Positions 25,491 to 33,463 of a DNA stretch of 49,657 nucleotides are shown here, piece by piece (within the stretch, counting starts at the first letter, position 1; each line of letters begins with the position of its first letter). The stretch is from Gaiellales bacterium (GTDB lineage Bacteria; Actinomycetota; Thermoleophilia; Gaiellales; JAICJC01): positions 1 to 49,657 of the forward strand of contig JBQCGJ010000111.1 of assembly GCA_051955775.1 (NCBI GenBank). The letters run 5' to 3'. The position numbers were made by a program, and so were the translations under genes. The notes below the pieces were generated by a model. It saw nothing but the letters and a program-made list of their open reading frames with translations. It did not search any database and was not told the DNA's origin.

Positions 25491-27419
25491 TCACGGCAGG
25501 TCTCCCAGCAGGTCACCCATCCGCTCGCGCTCCGTCATCAGCTCACGGCGCAGGCGATCGACGACGCGCTCGTACAGCTCCTCGTCGTCGGCGGAGCCGC
25601 CGGCCGGAGCCGCCGCAGCCGGGGCCGGCGGAGCGGCAAGCTCGCGCTGGCCGGCCGGCGCCTGCCCGGCCGCCGGCGGCGTGTCCATCGCCGGGGCAGA
25701 CGCCGCCTCGGGCTGGCCGACCGCCCGGAAGAGCACCGTCGAGCGGCCGCCCTCGTGAATCGCCGTCGTGCCGGCGGCGTGCGCCAGCCCGGCACCGGTG
25801 GAACCCTGAAGCGCCGCCGGGCCGGGCTCGAACCATCCGGCATCGGCCGGCTGTGCGGCGGACGGCGCTGCGAACGACGACGCGGTCTCCGGGCCGGGCG
25901 CGTCCGGTCGCGTGACGGCGCGCGGACGCCGGGCGGTCTGCAGCATGACCGGCGGGCGTGCGGGCAGAACGGCGCGCGGCGCGCTCCCGGGCCGCGGCAT
26001 GCGGGAGCGGGCGGCCGCGGCTGGTGCCGTGGTGACGGCGGCCGGTGCCGTGGCGACGGCGGCAGGTGCCGTGGCGACCGCGGCGCCATCGCCGGGGACC
26101 GCGAACTGCACATCCGCGGGCTCGACGGCCGGGTGGCCGGGCACCGCCGGGTGACGCTGCAGCGCGACGTTGCCGGCCGGCAGATGCGGGGAGTCCGCGT
26201 CCGCCCCGGACGGCCGCAACACCGGAGCCAGCGCGGCCGGTGGGCCCGCATCACCTGGCCCGGCCGGCGGCGCTGCAGGCCCGCGCTCGGCCGCCGGCAC
26301 GGATCCGGCGGGCTCCGGCGACGGCGGCGGCGGCTGATCACGCCGCCCAGGCCGGGAGAGCACGCGGGAGAGCTGTCGTCCCAGCCCCCGCGACGGCCGG
26401 GGCTCCGCCTCGGCCGGGGCTTCGACAGGCGGCTCCCCGGGGAGCCGCGGCGACGAGAGGGGGGCGGCCGCAGGCGGCTCCTCGGTGGCACGGCGCACCG
26501 TCCGGGCGAGGGGCTGCGCATGCTCCCTGCGTCGATCCGCGGCCCTGCTCGAGCGTGTCAGGCGCAGGGGCGCGGGCCGTCCGGGGGCGCCGGGCGCGGC
26601 AGCATCCGGCGCCCCGGCCTCGGCGCCGGCGCGAGGCGAGGGGATGTCGGCCGGCTGCTCGGGCTCGGGAATGCCGGCGGCCTCGTCCGGCGGAGTGGCG
26701 GGCGGTGGCTCGACCGTTGGCTCAGCGGGCGACGATTCTGCCCGGCCCTCGTCCGCAGCGGGCGGGACGCTGACGGGCTCAGACGACGGCTCGGTCGCGA
26801 ACACGGGCGCCGGCCGCGCGTCCTCGTCGCCTGCATCGGGCGGCCCTGCCGGCGGCGCGGGCTCCCGGTCGGGCGCCGCAGCCGCAGGCACGCTGACGGA
26901 CTGCGCAGGCTCCGCCGGCGACGGCGTCTCGGCCGCCGAGCGGGCGACCCGCGCCGGCGCAGGCGGCGATCCCGGACGCCTGGCCGACAGCCGGTAGCGG
27001 CCGATCTCCTCGATCGGAGGCCGCGGCCCGGCCGTCCGCTCTGTGCGCTCCGGCGCCGGGGGCGGCGTCTCGGGCGGTGGTGGAGACAGAAACGACGGGC
27101 GCGACCGCTCGCCGCCCGTTTCGGCGTGCATCGCGGCGGCGGCGAACGGCAGCCCCTCGACCGGTCCATCGCCGAAGATCCAGCGCGCGGCGAAGTCGCT
27201 CATCCCCGGAGGCGCAGGCAGCTCCGGCGCCGCCGGGACGGCTTCCCGGCGCAGCGGCGCCAGCCGCACGGACCCCGCCAGCAGCTTCGGCCGCCGCCGC
27301 TCATGGATCGCGCCGGCCAGTCTGGCCACGCCGAGCCTCCCCGGGCGGGTGCGGCGGTCGATCAACCGCACCCCCAACGGGATCCGTGATGCAGAGGCTG
27401 GGTGGTCGTGCTCGGTCAT
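25491..27419 (-). CDS. Pro/Ala-rich tape-measure-position protein (tail length determinator candidate)
   Basis: 642-aa ORF in the slot between the chaperone-like genes and the tube initiator. It has structured N- and C-termini (C-terminus DDEELYERVVDRLRRELMTERERMGDLLGDLP) around a long low-complexity P/A/E/R core. The ATG overlaps the upstream stop (ATGA at 27416-27419). Confidence 0.6.
   Translation of the reverse strand: MTEHDHPASASRIPLGVRLIDRRTRPGRLGVARLAGAIHERRRPKLLAGSVRLAPLRREAVPAAPELPAPPGMSDFAARWIFGDGPVEGLPFAAAAMHAETGGERSRPSFLSPPPPETPPPAPERTERTAGPRPPIEEIGRYRLSARRPGSPPAPARVARSAAETPSPAEPAQSVSVPAAAAPDREPAPPAGPPDAGDEDARPAPVFATEPSSEPVSVPPAADEGRAESSPAEPTVEPPPATPPDEAAGIPEPEQPADIPSPRAGAEAGAPDAAAPGAPGRPAPLRLTRSSRAADRRREHAQPLARTVRRATEEPPAAAPLSSPRLPGEPPVEAPAEAEPRPSRGLGRQLSRVLSRPGRRDQPPPPSPEPAGSVPAAERGPAAPPAGPGDAGPPAALAPVLRPSGADADSPHLPAGNVALQRHPAVPGHPAVEPADVQFAVPGDGAAVATAPAAVATAPAAVTTAPAAAARSRMPRPGSAPRAVLPARPPVMLQTARRPRAVTRPDAPGPETASSFAAPSAAQPADAGWFEPGPAALQGSTGAGLAHAAGTTAIHEGGRSTVLFRAVGQPEAASAPAMDTPPAAGQAPAGQRELAAPPAPAAAAPAGGSADDEELYERVVDRLRRELMTERERMGDLLGDLP
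26023..26085. repeat. 3 x 21-bp in-frame tandem repeat inside the tape-measure-position gene
   Basis: GGTGCCGTGGTGACGGCGGCC / GGTGCCGTGGCGACGGCGGCA / GGTGCCGTGGCGACCGCGGCG. On the minus strand these encode AAVATAP-AAVATAP-AAVTTAP. Confidence 0.7.
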
Positions 27420-27577
27420 TCCGTGGGCGCCCGAAGGGCGGACAGGTTGGTGGTGTGCGCCAGAAACCGGCGCCGGTCAGCGTGCTGGAGGTCGAGGATC
27501 GATTCCAGCGGCCAGTGCAGGTGATACGCCAGGACGGCCGTCTCCTCGAACAGCTCATCGAGGGACGGCCGCGTCAT
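27416..27577 (-). CDS. Small conserved CIS-associated protein (about 53 aa; DUF6760-like)
   Basis: MTRPSLDELFEETAVLAYHLHWPLESILDLQHADRRRFLAHTTNLSALRAPTE. The ATG at 27575-27577 overlaps the upstream TGA (ATGA). The family name is from memory of small proteins in actinobacterial tail-like clusters and is tentative. Confidence 0.5.
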   Translation of the reverse strand: MTRPSLDELFEETAVLAYHLHWPLESILDLQHADRRRFLAHTTNLSALRAPTE

Positions 27578-27963
27578 TCCCCCAGGCCACCGTCCTCGAT
27601 CTCGGCCAGGTCGACCTCGAAGTGGTGGCCGCAGGACGGGCAACTGACCGCCCCGACCGTATCCGTGTCGGCGTTCAGCCGCTCGTACATGCGCTGAAGG
27701 TGATCGAAGTCGGCGGCGTACATGTCCTCCACGACCCGGGGCGTGATGTCGGTCAGCGTGCCCAGCCGAGTGAGGACGCGGGACAGCAGCAGCACCGTCA
27801 GATATGCCTCGTTCTGGCGCACCGCCGGATCGCGCATGGGCTCGATTTCGTCGCGGGCCGTGGCCAGCCTCATCGTGCCCTCCCGGTGCAGCTCGCCGCG
27901 GGCGTCCACATAGCCGTGGGGCAGGGTGAACGCATACTCGGTGCGGATCGTCGCGGTCGTCAT
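27574..27963 (-). CDS. Tail-assembly-chaperone-position protein with C-terminal CxxC...zinc-ribbon-like motif
   Basis: 129 aa, located between tube and tape measure, which is the gpG/gpE position in phage tails. EYAFTLPHGYVDARGELHREGTMRLATARDEIEP...VSCPSCGHHFEVDL. No named family asserted. Confidence 0.6.
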   Translation of the reverse strand: MTTATIRTEYAFTLPHGYVDARGELHREGTMRLATARDEIEPMRDPAVRQNEAYLTVLLLSRVLTRLGTLTDITPRVVEDMYAADFDHLQRMYERLNADTDTVGAVSCPSCGHHFEVDLAEIEDGGLGE

Positions 27964-27974
27964 CGTCCCCCCAC

Positions 27975-28415
27975 CTACATCCGGGTCAGGCCCTCGTGGC
28001 AGATCTGCACCTCTTCGACTGCCACCTCATTGCCCGACGCGTTCAGCGAGGCGCCCGTGTACTTGATCGGCCACCCCTGGTCGAACGCCCACGTGGCGAT
28101 CACCGAGCCGGTGTAGTCGATCAGGGCGACGCTGCCGTCGACCCGGGCGCTGTCCGGGCCCTCGTTGATCACGACCTCGCGCCACTTCCACACGTCGAGC
28201 GACTCGTCCACTCCGCGCTTCAGCGTGATGTTCGACCACTTTGTCGCGCCCGGCACCTTGCGGATGGTCTGGCGACCGTTCTCGTCCACCGAGTGCTGCT
28301 CGATCACGGTCGTCTCGGAGTCCAGCCCCGAGCACTCCCGGAACATGCCGACGCCCTCGTGACCCTGAAGGTCGAGGCGGAAGTGGATGGACGGCCGCGG
28401 CTGCTTGGTTGGCAT
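27975..28415 (-). CDS. Tail tube protein (Afp1 / T4 gp19-like)
   Basis: FRLDLQGHEGVGMFRECSGLDSETTVIEQHSV...KWSNITLKRGVDESLDVWKW...GWPIKYTGASLNASGNEVAVEEVQICHEG is the canonical eCIS tube pattern. An AAGGAG Shine-Dalgarno sequence lies upstream. Confidence 0.9.
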   Translation of the reverse strand: MPTKQPRPSIHFRLDLQGHEGVGMFRECSGLDSETTVIEQHSVDENGRQTIRKVPGATKWSNITLKRGVDESLDVWKWREVVINEGPDSARVDGSVALIDYTGSVIATWAFDQGWPIKYTGASLNASGNEVAVEEVQICHEGLTRM

Positions 28416-28443
28416 CTATGCGCTCCTTTCGGTCAACGGCGGG

Positions 28444-30021
28444 TCAGGACACCTCGGAGGCGCCCGCCGCGAACTGGCTGATCCGGAAGATCACGAACTC
28501 CGCCGGCTTGACCGGCGCGATCCCGATCTCCATCACGACCTGCCCGGCCTCGATCACGTCCGTTGGGTTGGTCTCGGCATCGCACTTGACGTAGAACGCC
28601 TGCTCGGGCGTGGCCCCGAACAGGGCGCCACCCCGCCATGTGCGGGTGAGGAAGCTGCCCACGGCGATCCGCAGGCGGATCCACAGGCGCTCGTCGTTGG
28701 GCTCGAACACGGCCCATTGCGTGCCCTCGAGGATCGACTCCGAGATGTAGTTGAACAGCCGGCGCACGTTCAGGTAGCGCCACTCGGGGTCGCTCGACAG
28801 GGTGCGCGCGCCCCACACACGGATGCCGCGCCCGCGGAACGCGCGGATGCAATTGATGCCGGCCGTGTTGAGGCTGCCCTGCTCCTCGTGGGTGACCTGG
28901 AAGCCCAGGCCGATGGGGCCCATCACGACCTCGTTGGCCGGCGCCTTGTGCACGCCCCGGGTGTCGTCGCTGCGCGCCCACACGCCCGCCATGTGACCGG
29001 ACGGGGGCACCATCATCGGATCGCCGGTGAGCGGGTCCATGACCTCCAGCCACGGGTAGTAGAGGGTGGCGAACTTGGAGTCCAGCGGGCCGCTCTGGCG
29101 CCACTCCAGCACCTCCTGAGGGCTCAGCCCAGGCGGCGGGTCGAGGATCGCGACCCGGTCCTTGGCCGCCTCGCAGTGGCTGATCATCTTGCCCTGCAGG
29201 TCGCGCAGCTGCGCATCCGCCTTGCCGCCGCCGTTGCCGGCCGCGAGCAGGGTCATGAGATCGGGAGCGCACAGCATCGTGATCTCGTCCACGGCGGCCA
29301 GGCTGCCCAGGCCCTCGCGGCGCGCCACGTCCCCCTCGAACTCGCCCGCCTCCACCTCCTCGGGTACGGCCGGCGGCGCCGTCAGGGTGTACGACCCCGG
29401 CCGCGGCCGCAGCTCCGGGAGCGACGACGAGGTGTCCTCAATCGTGATCAGCTTGGAGGCCGCGTTGACCTTGGTGACGATGTTCGAGCGTCCCTTCTTG
29501 AGCGACAGGCCGTCGAACTCCTCGCGCTGCGCGCCGCAGCTGACGACCATGCGATAGGTCGGGGTGGGCGGCTCGCCGCCGTCCCCGCCGCCCTCGCCGT
29601 CGCCCTCCTCCTCCTGGAGCTCGACGGTCACCGCGCCCTCCACGCCCGTCTGGGCAACGGCCCGCAGGGCCTCGTCGGCGCCGTCGCCGGCCGCGGCCGG
29701 CAGCACGGCCCTGGGTGGCACCGGCTCGCCTCCGCCGCCCACACGCACCACGTAACACAGGCCGCCGCCGTTCTGGAAGTAGCCGTACACGGCGTGCGCC
29801 AGGTAGGCGCCGGACATGAACGGCCCATGCTCCGGGTCGTCGGGATGGGAGAAGGTGCGGACGAACTGCGTCCAGTTCGGGATCATGACCGGCTTGTTGA
29901 CCGGCCCGTAGGGCGCCAGCCCGATGAACGCGGCGGTGGACGTGCCCACGCCCTCGATCGGCTTGGACTGCGATGGGACCTCCTCGACGTATACGCCGGG
30001 AGTCAGGTATGAGGTTGCCAT
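28444..30021 (-). CDS. Contractile tail sheath protein (Afp2-4 / Cis2 equivalent)
   Basis: MATSYLTPGVYVEEVPS...GVGTSTAAFIG is the hallmark sheath N-terminus. The C-terminal domain reads NCIRAFRGRGIRVWGARTLS...WRYLNVRRLFNYI. Confidence 0.95.
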   Translation of the reverse strand: MATSYLTPGVYVEEVPSQSKPIEGVGTSTAAFIGLAPYGPVNKPVMIPNWTQFVRTFSHPDDPEHGPFMSGAYLAHAVYGYFQNGGGLCYVVRVGGGGEPVPPRAVLPAAAGDGADEALRAVAQTGVEGAVTVELQEEEGDGEGGGDGGEPPTPTYRMVVSCGAQREEFDGLSLKKGRSNIVTKVNAASKLITIEDTSSSLPELRPRPGSYTLTAPPAVPEEVEAGEFEGDVARREGLGSLAAVDEITMLCAPDLMTLLAAGNGGGKADAQLRDLQGKMISHCEAAKDRVAILDPPPGLSPQEVLEWRQSGPLDSKFATLYYPWLEVMDPLTGDPMMVPPSGHMAGVWARSDDTRGVHKAPANEVVMGPIGLGFQVTHEEQGSLNTAGINCIRAFRGRGIRVWGARTLSSDPEWRYLNVRRLFNYISESILEGTQWAVFEPNDERLWIRLRIAVGSFLTRTWRGGALFGATPEQAFYVKCDAETNPTDVIEAGQVVMEIGIAPVKPAEFVIFRISQFAAGASEVS

Positions 30022-30022
30022 G

Positions 30023-30397
30023 TCACGCTCCCTTGAGACTTTTCGGTTGCAGCTCGTCGAGCAGCGCGTCGCGCCCTCCCGAGCGGACGGTCCGCGGCCA
30101 CGCGGCCCCCTGGTCGAACACGCGCATCTCGCTCTCGTCAGGCGCCAGCAGGATCAGCTTGGTGTCCGGCGCGGCCTGCCTGACGAGGCCGCTGAGTTGA
30201 TGCGTGGAGCCGCTCAGGCCGAGCACGACCGCGTCCGGCCCCAACGCGCGCACATGCTCGACGATCGCGCTCTGCTGACCGTCGGTCGTGACCACGTCCA
30301 CGCCCTGCTCGACCAGCACCTTGGACATCCCCAGCGAGAGCAGAGGCCCGAGGTTGCCGAGCAGGACGCATCGTGCACGCTCGTCACGACCCATCAT
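30023..30397 (-). CDS. Small hypothetical protein, receiver-fold-like but lacking acceptor residues (tentative)
   Basis: About 124 aa from the ATGATG at 30397. The alternating beta/alpha pattern (RCVLLGNLGPLLSLGMSKVLVEQGVDVVTTDGQQSAIVEHVRALGPDAVVLGLSGS...TKLILLAPDE) resembles a CheY-like fold, with Gly where the acceptor Asp would be. Its stop is 1 nt from the sheath start. The longer track ORF (to 30835) overlaps the cap gene and was rejected. Confidence 0.45.
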   Translation of the reverse strand: MMGRDERARCVLLGNLGPLLSLGMSKVLVEQGVDVVTTDGQQSAIVEHVRALGPDAVVLGLSGSTHQLSGLVRQAAPDTKLILLAPDESEMRVFDQGAAWPRTVRSGGRDALLDELQPKSLKGA

Positions 30398-30480
30398 CGC
30401 GCAGCAGTCTGCGACCCCCGGGGCGTGCGCCGCCAGGTCTCCGGGACAGCCGTTTGGGAGAATCGGGATGCCCGAATCGT

Positions 30481-31368
30481 TCAGCCGCGCGACCGCGGCC
30501 GGCGGGCGGCGGCGGCCAGCACCAGGTCGATCCCCGCGCCCGGCACCTCGAGCGGGGCCTCGGCGGAGGTGCCGTCCACCCCCCTGGCCTGGCAGCGATG
30601 GCGGCCGGGCGGCACATTGGGGAAGCGGAACCGGCCGTCGGCGCCGGTGACCGCCACCAGCCCGAGCTCGGGCAGGGCGACCCATGCCCCGGCGGCCGGA
30701 CTTCCGTCGCCGGCGGCAACGGTGCCGCCCACACCGTGCGACTCCTCGATGGTGGAGCGGACATCCCGGTCGCGGATGCGAGCAGTCCGCGTGCGCACCT
30801 GCGGGCCGCGCGCGATCTCGCCGCCGGCGGCGCACGTCAGCGTCACCACGTAGTCCAGCGATGCCTTGTACTGGCCGCCCACAGCGGACCAGAAATCAGC
30901 CTTGCCGTCGGCCCGGCGCTGGGCGACGCGGCCGGTCACGGGGAACGGCTGGGAGCCGTTTCGAAGCGTCCCGGCCAGCATCGCCTGCGGCAGCTCGGCG
31001 TGCGCGTACAGCACACCCAGCACCTGAGACAGCAGCCGGTGCTCGTCCTCCACCGCCCGCGTCCAGGCGGTCACGGCGTAGCAGGCGTCCAGCCGCAGCG
31101 GCGGGCGCACCTCGTGCACCCGCCCATCGCGCACGAAGGCGTCCCACTCGACCACCCGCTGATCCTCGGCCTCGTGCACATCGAACAGGAAGATGTTCAC
31201 GGTGGGCGTGGACAGCGAGGCCGCCCAGTCCTTGGTGGGGGCGTCGAACACGATGTCCACACCGTCGAATCCATGCGCCGACAGCTCCCCGCGCAGCAGT
31301 CCCCGCAGCGACTCGTCGAGGTCGGCGAGCATGGTGTTCAGCGGCACCGAGATGACGGTGGTGGCCAT
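30481..31368 (-). CDS. DUF4255 / Pvc16_N-type tail terminator (cap; Afp16 equivalent) with C-terminal carboxypeptidase-regulatory-like beta domain
   Basis: MATTVISVPLNTMLADLDESLRGLLRGEL...VDIVFDAPTKDW...PTVNIFLFDVHE...LDACYAVTAW matches the DUF4255 pattern. The C-terminus GTVAAGDGSPAAGAWVALPELGLVAVTGADGRFRFPNVPPGRH is CarboxypepD_reg-like. The start is set at the ATG at 31366-31368. Confidence 0.85.
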   Translation of the reverse strand: MATTVISVPLNTMLADLDESLRGLLRGELSAHGFDGVDIVFDAPTKDWAASLSTPTVNIFLFDVHEAEDQRVVEWDAFVRDGRVHEVRPPLRLDACYAVTAWTRAVEDEHRLLSQVLGVLYAHAELPQAMLAGTLRNGSQPFPVTGRVAQRRADGKADFWSAVGGQYKASLDYVVTLTCAAGGEIARGPQVRTRTARIRDRDVRSTIEESHGVGGTVAAGDGSPAAGAWVALPELGLVAVTGADGRFRFPNVPPGRHRCQARGVDGTSAEAPLEVPGAGIDLVLAAAARRPRSRG

Positions 31369-31447
31369 GTGCCCGATTATCACCGCGGCTGCACGGGGCG
31401 AAACAGGCAGACAACCGGGCAACGTGGTTGCCCGAACAGCCGAGGGC

Positions 31448-33463
31448 TCAGGCGCCTGCGCCGTCCGCCGGCGGGCGGATGGAGGCGTGGAACTGCTCGA
31501 ACTCCGTCTCCAGGGTGAGCCGGCCCAGCTTTCCGTACTCGAGCGCGACGCCGCGCACCAGGTGGCGCATCGCGATCGGCGCCTGCTCCTCGGCGGCCAT
31601 GAACGCTGCGGCCACCGCGGCGTTGCGGATCCCGCCGCCCGCCAGCTTGAACTGCCCGGCCAGGAACCCCAGATCGACGTCGTCCGCGACCGGCGCCTCG
31701 GACGGCAGCACGCGGCGCCAGATGCGCCCCCGGTGCTCCTCCTCGGGAAACGGGAAGTCGATCACGAAGTCGAGCCGGCGCAGGAAGGCGTCGTCCAGGT
31801 TCTGGCGGAAGTTGGTGGCCAGGATCACCGCGCCGGCGTACCCCTCCATCTTCTGCAGCAGGTAGGCGACCTCGATGTTGGCGTACCGGTCGTGCGAGTC
31901 CCGGACCTCGCTGCGTTTGCCGAACAGGACGTCCGCCTCGTCGAAGAACAGGATGGCGTTGGAGCCCTCGGCGGCGCCGAAGATGCGGTCGAGGTTCTTC
32001 TCGGTCTCCCCGATGTACTTGGACACGATGGTGGCCAGGTCGACCCGGAACAGGTCGAGCCCCAGCTCGCGCGCGAGCACCTGGGCCGCCATCGTCTTGC
32101 CGGTGCCCGACTCGCCGGCGAACAGCACCTTGAGACCCTGGTCGGGGGACACCGTGCGGTCATAGCCCCACGCCGACAGCACCAGGTCGCGGTGGCGCAG
32201 GTACGAGGAGATGGATCCCAGCACGGCGCGCTGCCGCGCCGGCAGCACGAGGTCGTCCCAGGAGTAGGCCGGCTCGAGATGCGCGGCCAGCTCGCCCAGC
32301 CGCCCGCTGGATGCCCGCCGGGCGCCCAGGTCGAGGTCGAGCGCGGACGGCGCCTCGGCTCCCCGCGCCCGTGCCTCCAGCACCGCCACCTCCGCGCCCT
32401 GCGCGATCTGCTCCAGCGACAGCCGGAACTTGGCGGCCACGTCGCCGGCGTCGGCCGCGCCGGTCAGCGACTCCCAGGCCCGGCGCCGCTGATCGACCGA
32501 CGGCAGGCTCGTCTCGACGGTCAGCAGCGTGCCGTCGGAGAGTGTCGCGGACAGGACGCGGTCGGCCGTGCACACGACGGGCCGTTCGACCCGTTCGGCC
32601 ACCCTGCGGAAGGCCCGCCGGCGGTCGCCGGGGTCGGCGATGTGCTCGAACCCCTCGAACGCGAGCAGGCGGTCATCCAGCGCTGCCCACAGGATCAGGT
32701 CCGACAACTGCGTCCCGTCCGCGGCCTGGTCGGCGCGGGCCAGGAGCAGCGGGCGGCCGGCCGCGACAGCCGTCAGCGGGGCGGCGTCCGGGCCGGCCAC
32801 CACCAGCGGCAGCGCCCGCGCCGAGACCAGCAGCGAGCCGATCCGAGCCACCGTGTCGGGGCGGTCGTCGGGGGCCGCCGAGGCCGTGACCACGCGTGCC
32901 GCGCGGTCGGCCCCCGGGTTGTGCAGCGGCCCGCCGACCAGCCGTGAGGCCAGCCGGTCCGCCACCTTCACCGGCCTGTCGGCGAGCGGGGTCGTGTCGG
33001 CGCCCAGCAGGTCGATCGCGCCCCGCCGCCGCAGCGCGGCATCGTGCGCGAAGCGGGCCATGACCAGATCCATGCCGCCGTCGCCGTCGCCGTCGGCGAG
33101 CAGGCGGGCGGCCAGCCGAGGGCTGATCAGGGTACGCGTGACGTCGTCGTGCAGATACGCGATCAGCCGCCCCAGCCGGGGTGAAAGCTCGGGTGCGGCG
33201 CACAACGCCAGCACGTCCGTGTCCAGGTCGTCGAGCCCCAGCGCGCCGGCGGCCGCGGCGATGCGCGCATCCTCACCGCCGCCGAGCGGAGTCTGGCCGG
33301 CCCAGGAGCGCGCCTGGTCGTCCGTGATGTAGAGGCCCCGGAAGGGATCGACCGGGTTGGGGTCGGTGCGGGCCACCCCTTCCACCACCTCGCGGACGCG
33401 GGCCTGCAGCCGCCCGTACACCCCGGGCGGTACCGCGGACACGAGGTCAGCCGGAGAGCTCAT
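31448..33463 (-). CDS. CIS AAA+ ATPase (Afp15 equivalent)
   Basis: The C-terminal AAA+ module has Walker A (GESGTGKTMAAQVLA), Walker B (ILFFDEAD), sensor/arginine regions (ILATNFRQNLDDAFLRRLDFVIDFPFP) and a long N-terminal domain, as in eCIS ATPases. Confidence 0.9.
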   Translation of the reverse strand: MSSPADLVSAVPPGVYGRLQARVREVVEGVARTDPNPVDPFRGLYITDDQARSWAGQTPLGGGEDARIAAAAGALGLDDLDTDVLALCAAPELSPRLGRLIAYLHDDVTRTLISPRLAARLLADGDGDGGMDLVMARFAHDAALRRRGAIDLLGADTTPLADRPVKVADRLASRLVGGPLHNPGADRAARVVTASAAPDDRPDTVARIGSLLVSARALPLVVAGPDAAPLTAVAAGRPLLLARADQAADGTQLSDLILWAALDDRLLAFEGFEHIADPGDRRRAFRRVAERVERPVVCTADRVLSATLSDGTLLTVETSLPSVDQRRRAWESLTGAADAGDVAAKFRLSLEQIAQGAEVAVLEARARGAEAPSALDLDLGARRASSGRLGELAAHLEPAYSWDDLVLPARQRAVLGSISSYLRHRDLVLSAWGYDRTVSPDQGLKVLFAGESGTGKTMAAQVLARELGLDLFRVDLATIVSKYIGETEKNLDRIFGAAEGSNAILFFDEADVLFGKRSEVRDSHDRYANIEVAYLLQKMEGYAGAVILATNFRQNLDDAFLRRLDFVIDFPFPEEEHRGRIWRRVLPSEAPVADDVDLGFLAGQFKLAGGGIRNAAVAAAFMAAEEQAPIAMRHLVRGVALEYGKLGRLTLETEFEQFHASIRPPADGAGA

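Noticed and set aside
26023-26085. Possible CRISPR array or other interspaced repeats.
   Set aside because: The only tandem repeats found are contiguous 21-mers inside a coding region with no spacers. There are no cas genes and no regularly spaced direct repeats anywhere in the window.
31417-31433. Small hairpin GGGCAAC-GTG-GTTGCCC in the 79-nt gap between the ATPase and cap genes, as an internal terminator or attenuator.
   Set aside because: It has only a 7-bp stem with a 3-nt loop and no U-tract. That is not enough to call a terminator inside what otherwise looks like one operon.
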